This document shows, one piece after another, positions 1-6,885 of a stretch of 7,239 nt of DNA. Under the pieces are notes generated by a model. It ran no database searches. It was given only the letters and a program-made list of their open reading frames with translations, and had not been told where the DNA came from. The stretch's first letter is position 1. Each line of letters begins with the position of its first letter. A program made the translations under genes and the position numbers. Source of the stretch: Salpingoeca rosetta (taxonomy: Eukaryota > Protista > Choanoflagellata); NCBI GenBank assembly GCA_033442325.1, contig JAWQFM010000043.1, positions 1-7,239 on the forward strand, given 5' to 3'.

Positions 1-523
1 GTGATGCACCCGCCCACATCATGCTACATATTCCCATGCGTGGTCCCTTGTGTCCGTCCTTTCATGTCCTCACCATCGCCGGTCATTGTTGTTCGTCTCT
101 GGTTGGTTTCTTCTTGCCTCACAGGCACGCAGGGCAGGCTGGCTCGCTGCTGCTGGTGGCTGCTGTGATGATGGCCGTGCGTGTGCCTGTGCGCTGTGCA
201 CGGTGTTTGGGGCTGCACCGATAAAGACAAGGAAGGACACGGCCCGTGCCCACCACTCTTCCCCTTTCATCTCCCCTTTCTGCTCCATCAGCGATGACGA
301 TGGTGGCCGTGGCATGTGATTGCGGTTCCTTTTTCTGGCTTCGCTGTGGCCCATCGGCTGGCTGTCTGGCTGGCTGCATCAAGCACAGGTGAGGATGATT
401 GTTGGCGGTTGGTTGCTTGGTTGGTTGGGTTGTGTTGAGTGGTGGGAATCAGGGCAAAGGGGAAAGTGACACGGTGGTGGTGATGGTGATGATGGGGCGA
501 CGTGGGAGTGCAGAGCGAAAGGA

Positions 524-541
524 GGGAGAGGGAAGGGAGGG
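524..541 (+). other. Canonical G-quadruplex motif
   Basis: GGGagaGGGaaGGGaGGG has four G3 tracts with 1-3 nt loops. This is a motif match only; formation is untested. Confidence 0.5.
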
Positions 542-1113
542 ATGGAGGGCGGATGATGTTGGTTGGGGGATGGGGGTGCGTGTGCACATGCACGTGATGT
601 CGTGTGGTGGTAATATCACATGACAGTGACACACACGTCAGTGGCTCATTCCTTTTGCTTGTACCTGTGTGTGATTGTGATTGTGATGATGACTGCAGTG
701 GGCAACACACGGCGGTGATGCTGGATTGGATTGGCTGGGGTTGACTGGCCGTCGTGTCGTGTCGCCCATATCTCTCCCTCCCTCCGTTGCTCATCTCAAC
801 TGGGAACACACAGCAATGTGTGCGTGTGCGTGTGCATCGCCATCAACCACGCCGACAGCAACACGATGCACGAGGTGAGGGCATGCAATGCTGTGTGTGT
901 TTTTGGTGGAAGGGATTGAGGGGAAGTGGGAGGAAGGCGTTCATCATGGCCATCATCACCACCACGGTTGTGCACCTGGTCATGTGACCGTGCATTTGGG
1001 GGATGGAGATGAGGGGAGAGATGTTGTGGTTGTAATGCTTGTGGTGGTTGTGTTTTGCATTGCTGTGTATGCGTGCATGGTGCACTGTCTCACTCTGCAA
1101 TGCCATGTTTGAC

Positions 1114-1129
1114 TGTGTGTGTGTGTGTG
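1114..1129. repeat. (TG)8 microsatellite
   Basis: Perfect run. Confidence 0.9.
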
Positions 1130-1801
1130 ACTGCAGATGTGCGTGCGTGTGTGCCAGGCAGATGCGTTGATCGACGACGAGGTGTGTGTGGTTGACCTTT
1201 GTGTCCTTGTGCCATCACAACACGCACAAAACAGCAAGCACATCATCATCACCACCGCCCCATGTGTTGTTGTTATTATCCCATCACGCATGACATGCTC
1301 ACATCCACCCCCTCTTTGCTTCTTCTCCTTCTTCCTCCTCTCCTGCTGCTGCCACCCCTTCCACTGTTTCCCTCCACTTCCTTTTCACACACGCAGAGAG
1401 AGGAACCCATCCACATCCAACACCCATGCCCACATCCACGCGTGCCACGGCATGGCGAGCTGTGCCACCTCAACCAACTCAACTCAACCCAGGCCAAGGA
1501 AGGGGAAGGAGGGAAGCAAGGACACAAGACGTGGGGCTCCCAACAGATGTGTGTGTGTGCGTGCGTGCGTGTTGATGGACGGTGTTCTACTTCCCCCCCC
1601 CTCTATCACCTCGCCTATTTCTTCCATGGCGATCTGGCTGGGTGGCTGTTGCCCCCTCCCCTTGTTTGTTTTCTCTTCCAGCCCTTTGTGGCTGATGGTT
1701 GTCTGTTGTGACTATGAGAAGGAGGAGGAGAAGGAGGAGGAAGCGAAGAAGAGGAGAGAAGGGAGGAGAGGGGAGGGATGCATACTGTCCACAGCTGTGC
1801 A

Positions 1802-1821
1802 TGTGTGTGTGTGTGTGTGTG
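1802..1821. repeat. (TG)10 microsatellite
   Basis: Perfect run, lying between a GA-rich tract (~1716-1777) and a CT-rich tract (~1826-1880). Confidence 0.93.
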
Positions 1822-1979
1822 TTTGTTTCTTCTTCTTTTCCATCCCCCCTTCTCTTCTCCCCTTCTCCCCTTCCCTCCTCAGCCTGCAAGGCCTGTGAGC
1901 CTGCGTTGCATTGACACACTCTACAGTGCTGTTCCCCTTCTTCCTCTTCTCCCCCTTCTTCTTGCTCTTGTCTCATTGA

Positions 1980-2019
1980 AACCAACCAACCAAACAACCA
2001 AAGCAAGCAAGCAAGCAAG
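1980..2019. repeat. AACC/AAGC tetranucleotide simple repeats
   Basis: aaccaaccaaccaaacaaccaaagcaagcaagcaagcaag. Confidence 0.85.
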
Positions 2020-2078
2020 TCCGCCCTTCAACAAGCAAACGCAGAAAGCAAACAGCAGTTGCCGCACACACGCAGCAG

Positions 2079-2115
2079 TGGGCGATTATTTGTGGCATCT
2101 TCCACAAATCGCCCA
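2079..2115. other. Stem-loop / inverted repeat
   Basis: TGGGCGA tta TTTGTGG catctt CCACAAA TCGCCCA gives 14 Watson-Crick pairs, a 3-nt bulge and a 6-nt loop, in non-repetitive sequence. Confidence 0.75.
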
Positions 2116-2819
2116 AACACGAACCAACAAGACCAACACAAACAAACAAGCAACAGGCGAAACGCGAATCAAGGTGCGTGTGTGTTTGAGCGGGAGGTGG
2201 CTTGCGTTGTTTGTGTGCGTGGCTGGCGCAGGGTTGGTGGAGAGGAGGGAGAGGGTGCGCGTTGTGACGGGCACTCACTGGCGGTCCTGTTGTGGGTGGT
2301 CTCGTTTGGTTCCGTGGATTGTGTGGGGCGTGGTGGGTGATGGTGTGATGGTGCACAGGTGCAAACAGACAACACGCACAGCACCGCCCACACCATGGAT
2401 GTGTGCAGGGCCAAAGGCATGCAAGGCGTTGCCACGGTCGGTGAGGCTGACATATGTGCTGGACAGGCCCATGGCACGCTGACACCGTGAGTTTGGGTGA
2501 GTTCTGTCAATTGGTTTGACTGCTGTGTCGGTGCGTGTGGGTTGTGTGTTTGTGTTGAGGGAGGGAGGTGGGACGTGGCTGTGGTGGGTGTTGTGATCTC
2601 ACACGCACTCCCCTGCTGCTGTGGATGCATGTGGCTCACGCACACAGAGAGGGATGATGGGCTGCATCGACCCACACACATGAGTGTGTGAACACACACA
2701 CACACGCACACGCTGACAGACAGTCTGATGCCCACCTCACGGTGCGTTGCACTTGCATGTGCGTGACTGTGTGTGACTGTGTGCATGTCGTTCATGCTGT
2801 GTCTGCTTGTGATTCACAC

Positions 2820-2835
2820 TGTGTGTGTGTGTGTG
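2820..2835. repeat. (TG)8 microsatellite
   Basis: Perfect run. Confidence 0.9.
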
Positions 2836-3712
2836 GTGGCTGCTTGCTTCCCCCTGTCTCACACACATGTGTATGTATGGATGCTGACACACACAGACAG
2901 ACAGGCAGTGAGTGGGTGGTTGTGCAGACGCACATCCCCGCACAGGCAGCCAAGGCAGGCAAGGCAAGCCAGACAGGGCACACTCTTCCTTCTCTCCCTC
3001 TGCTGCCACCACCGCTGCTGCATGGGTGGACCAGTGGAAGCAAGACGTGTTGGATGACGCTGGCTGGCTGATGTCCTTTCCCTTGGTGTGTGTATGTGTG
3101 TGTGTTGCAGCACTGCTGCTGCTCTTGTTTCCCCCTGTTTGTGTCTGTTGTGTCTGTTGCGCGTTGCTGCTTCGCTGTGCTTGTGTGTTTGTGTGTCTGT
3201 TCACCACAACCACGTCGTGTGCGCCCATCACCACCGTCTGTGCTCACGCACCTCCCATCTCTCCCTTTCTTCTTCTTCTGCTCCCTTCCCTCCTCCCTCT
3301 TTGTCATCCCCACACGCACATACACACAAACACATGGACCCTTGTGCAGGGGAAGTGCATGCTGTTTGTTGGAACCCATGGCATGACACGCACAATCAAG
3401 CAAGGACACGAGCAAGCAAGGGCACAGGACAAGCAAGCAGGACGTGGGGCAGCCATAGACCACGCACCTCGTTGGAGAAGGAGGAGAGCGTGAGCGGGTG
3501 ATGTGTGATGTGTTGTTGTGTGTGTTGTTGTTGTTGACAGCGTGCACGTCTCTCTCCTTGTGTCATTCTGCCTTCCTCCCCTCCCTTTCCCTTTCTCTCT
3601 CTTCTCTCTTGCCACAGCATGCACACTACTGCTGTTGTTGTTGTTGGCTGAAGGTGATGATGGCGGCTGATGGGGGGAGTGAAGCGGTGTGGCGCAGCGT
3701 GGAGCTGCTTGT

Positions 3713-3730
3713 TGTGTGTGTGTGTGTGTG
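3713..3730. repeat. (TG)9 microsatellite
   Basis: Perfect run. Confidence 0.9.
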
Positions 3731-4172
3731 TTTGTATGTGTTGCTTGCACTTGATATGGGGTTCTCGCTTGTTCTTGCCACGTGTGTGTATGTGCTTGCT
3801 TGCTGTCGTGTTGCTGAAGTGAAGTGGAAACATACAATGCAACATGCATGTGCAGCTGTGTGTATCGTGTGTTGCTGGTGTTGGTGGATGGTTGTGGATG
3901 GTTGCAGTGAAGTCAACACAGTGTGCGTGATGTGAGTTGGATTGGATTGGTGGTGAGCTGGGCATGTGGCTGTGGAATGGATGTTGCATGCAGGTGAGGA
4001 CAGCAGCAGCAGCTGTGAACGTGGGAGTGGGGGAAAAGGATGAAGCGAGTGATGATGGCAGCGACTGGTGGCGGTGGATGTGAACAGGGCTGATGGTGAG
4101 GAAGGTGGCAGCGTGGGCTTGATGGGTTTATGATGTGTTGCAACACATGCAGCATGAAACATGAACGAGACA

Positions 4173-4197
4173 GGGAAAGGAAGGGAAGGGGAAAGGG
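4173..4197 (+). other. Canonical G-quadruplex motif
   Basis: GGGaaaggaaGGGaaGGGGaaaGGG. Motif match only. Confidence 0.45.
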
Positions 4198-4999
4198 AAG
4201 AAGTGGCGGCACAAAGTAGTGAACAGGGCCAAGGGAAGGCATGCAAGCACATGGAAACAGCAGCAGCAGTGGCAAGAATTGAAACAAGACAGAGGAGGGT
4301 GGTGGAACGCAGGTGAAACAGACAAACAAGGCTTGTGGTGACAAGGTGGTGACAGAAGGGACGAAGGGAAGCACGAATGCACACAATGGGTTGTGTTGTG
4401 GTGCTGTGTTGTGTGAAGTGAAGTGAAGGATGTGTGATGTTGTGTGGAGAGGTGCTGTGTGGCGGTGAGTGGATGGAAGAGAAAGAGAGCCAAGGGTGAA
4501 TGAAGCATGTGGCAACAAGTGCAAAGCAACAATGCAACACATGGGATGTGGAAAGGCAAGGGAAGAGAGGAGGAAGCAAGTGAGTGAAGGGTGAGACAAA
4601 GGGACAAAGCGGCACATGCATGGATGTTTTGTGCTGTTGTGTTGTGTTGTGTTTGTGGAGGTGGAGCAAAGGGAGTAGAAGCACAAACATGCAAGCAGTA
4701 GCACACATGCATGTAGGGAGAAGGTAAAGTAGGAAAAGGAGAAGGCGATTGCAGCGAGCTTCGTACACACCTGATCATATCGCTGCTGGAGGCGAGAGAG
4801 GAAGCACAGGTGATGTTGGAGAGTGAATCCAAGGATCGAGGCAATGCTGCTGAGTGAAGTGGAGTGAAGTGAAGTTGTGAGGGAGTGACAGAGCGGTGTG
4901 TGAGTGATGGTGTGGATTGATAAAGGGTCGATTGCAGGTACGTGTAGGCATGGTGGGCGAAGCAGTGACACAGTGGCGGGTGAGTGGAGGAGTGTTGTG

Positions 5000-5605
5000 A
5001 AGTGAACAAGGTGGAAGCAAGGGAAGTTGTGGGTACTTGCAAGCAACACGCACAGAGCAAGCAAGCGTACGCACGAGTGTCTGCGAGTGAGTTGACGGAT
5101 TGTAGCAGAGTGAATCCGAAGCAACCAGGAGAAGTTGTGAGTGCTTGCAAGTAACACAGCAGTGGGTAGAGGATTGTCGAGGAGTGAATCCAATGCAAGC
5201 AGGGGAAGTAGTGAGTGTTTGCAGACGGATGTGGTGGAGTGAATACAATGGAAGCAGGAGATGTTGTGAGTGCCTGCGAGTGAGTAGACGAATGTGACGG
5301 AGTGATTCTAATTCATGTAGGGTATGTTGTGAGTGCTTGCGAGTAACGCAGCAGTGAGCAGAGGGACTGTAGTGGAGTGGATTCAATGCAAGCAGGAGAA
5401 GTTGTGAGTGGCTGCGAGTGAGTAGAGGGATGAAGTGGAGTGAACTCAAATGCAAGCAGGATAAGTTGTGAGTCTTTGCAAGCGAGTAGAGGGATGTAGT
5501 AGAGTTAATCCAATCCATGTAGGAGAACTAACCAATGCCTGCGAGCAACGCAGCAGCACTGCGCAATCGCGTGCAAGCGTGTCTGCAGTGAGCAGAGGAT
5601 TGCTA
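5000..5605. repeat. Degenerate tandem minisatellite, ~63-bp core unit, about 8 copies
   Basis: Approximate consensus GAGTGAATCCAATGCAAGCAGGAGAAGTTGTGAGTGCTTGCGAGTGAGTAGAGGGATGTAGTG. Unit starts at about 5000, 5108, 5182, 5237, 5300, 5375, 5438 and 5502 (spacings 108, 74, 55, 63, 75, 63, 64). An isolated GAGTGAATCCAA also occurs at 4821. Confidence 0.88.
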
Positions 5606-6251
5606 CTCATCCAATCCACTTCAATCAGAAACACGTTCGCGTGCCTGCAGGCAACATTTTCACACAAACGCATGCACACACACATGCAAACGTGTCCCTT
5701 GCGCTGCTCCTCGTCGTTCTCTGCCTACTTGCTTGTCTCTTGTGCAATCACATGGAAACGAACCCCCTTCTCGCTGCTCTACTCTTCAGTTCCTCTGCTT
5801 TGCTCCTTCTTGTTTCAGCGCTGCGTGCCTGCAGGCAAGTAGAAGTGCGCACAGCGCAGTGTGCTCGCGCGCACGTGTGCCTGCAAGCCAGCCACATGGC
5901 CTTGTCCCTGTTGCTGCAGCTCATGGCATGGTGCAGTGACGTTTGCTCGCTTGCTCACTTGATCACGGGAGTAAGGAGACTGGCGCGGTGAAGTCAAAAA
6001 GGGGTGCAGAAAAAGTGCGATCATGTGATGGAAAAAAGCCCCAAAACTGTGATGAGTAGTGTCTAAACACTGCATCGCGATGCATGTGCAGCTGTGCAGC
6101 TGACGTGCAGCGAAACTAGTGCAGGTGCATGCATGCAAGCAGTGGTTGGTCACGGACCAGGGGAATCTGGGCTGTGAGCAGTGTGAAGAATCTTGATGCA
6201 GTGAAGCTGTGCGCACTTGCTAGTGTTGTAAGTTCATGGTGATGGTGCTGT

Positions 6252-6262
6252 TGTTGGAGACT

Positions 6263-6293
<31 letters not shown>

Positions 6294-6663
6294 AGTGTGC
6301 TGTGTGTTGTGTGGGAGATTGTCTTGGCAAGAGGAAGTTGTGTGTGTTTACTTGAGTTGTGAAGCAAACAAGGATGTAGGATGAATGAACACTCCAACAG
6401 AAAGAAACAGAGCAGAAGACAAGAATTGTCGACAACGCAAAGTGGTGACGTGGCAGTGTTTGTTGAGAGTTGTGTGGTTATGTGGTGTGTTATGCAAGAG
6501 TATGTAACATCGAGCAACCACACAAGCTAAACACTGCACGTGCAACAGGTTGGAGGGAAATCACGTGAACATTCCAGAACACAAGAGAGGTGAATGCAAA
6601 TTTGTGGTGTCGTGAAGAAGGGAGGTCAATGATGACTCAGCAGACAGGACTTGCCTGTCAACA
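6252..6663 (-). repeat. 3' long terminal repeat (start at 6663 firm; end uncertain)
   Basis: Begins TGTTGA immediately after the PPT. Candidate ...CAACA ends (plus-strand TGTTG) include 6461 (TCAACA, 6-bp terminal inverted repeat, 203 bp), 6252/6249 (412/415 bp) and 6224. 6252 is weakly favoured because a poly(A)-signal-like AGTAAA lies at 6352-6347. The 5' LTR is outside the window, so the end cannot be fixed. Confidence 0.55.
6263..6290. repeat. (TG)14 microsatellite
   Basis: Perfect dinucleotide run, the longest in the window. It falls inside the LTR if the LTR ends at 6252. Confidence 0.95.
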
Positions 6664-6672
6664 CTCCCCCGC
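6664..6672 (-). promoter_or_regulatory. Polypurine tract (plus-strand primer) of the copia element
   Basis: Plus strand ctcccccgc equals minus strand GCGGGGGAG, directly abutting TGTTGACAGG. This is the typical copia xxGGGGGAG|TGTTG junction, and it lies downstream of pol. Confidence 0.85.
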
Positions 6673-6885
6673 ATTGACCTACCTCTCTGTTGCGTTGATG
6701 TTCTGAAACGTGATGAGCATGTGGATGATGTCATGCATGTAGGAATGGCATGGGCAGATGTAGGTGAGATGTGAGTAAGGACGTGTGTTGTGAAACACGT
6801 TTAAGAAAATGGTTGGTGCCTGTGGTGCGCAGCCTGTTGTGGAAGGCTGGCCCGAGTGAAGGCGTGTCCTGTGGTGCGCGGCCGC

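Larger units (their letters stand above)
1..4999. other. Low-complexity, apparently non-coding region
   Basis: Alternating GT/CA and CT/GA tracts. All six-frame translations are dominated by C/V/H/T/L/S runs, with no recognisable domain or codon bias. Small spliced exons cannot be excluded. Confidence 0.7.

Noticed and set aside
21-3989. Numerous 60-250 aa ORFs on both strands
   Set aside because: They are translations of microsatellite and low-complexity tracts (CVCV, HTHT, poly-L/E), many with non-ATG starts, and show no codon bias or homology.
4814-4823. TGTTGGAGAG as a second LTR terminus (resembles TGTTGGAGAC at 6252)
   Set aside because: No adjacent PBS or abutting PPT and no further similarity to the LTR. 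TGTTG is very common in this sequence.
3626-5518. Long minus-strand ORFs (380, 426, 356 and 247 aa)
   Set aside because: They overlap in several frames and are L/H/S/T/C-rich with no domain. The HSQ-type repeats change frame between minisatellite units (55, 64, 74 bp). They are explained by strand skew and scarcity of stop codons.
5000-5605. CRISPR array interpretation of the palindromic repeats
   Set aside because: The repeats are degenerate, the inter-repeat segments are homologous to each other rather than unique spacers, there are no cas genes, and the context is eukaryotic.
5641-5991. 116-aa hydrophobic ORF resembling a membrane protein
   Set aside because: The Leu-richness follows from CT-rich DNA, the start codon is non-ATG, and no family is recognisable.
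6047-6120. Hammerhead ribozyme (..TGATGAG-hairpin..GAAAC)
   Set aside because: The core is GTGATGA rather than CTGANGA, and GAAA does not follow the stem directly (it is about 40 nt away). No stems I or III were found.
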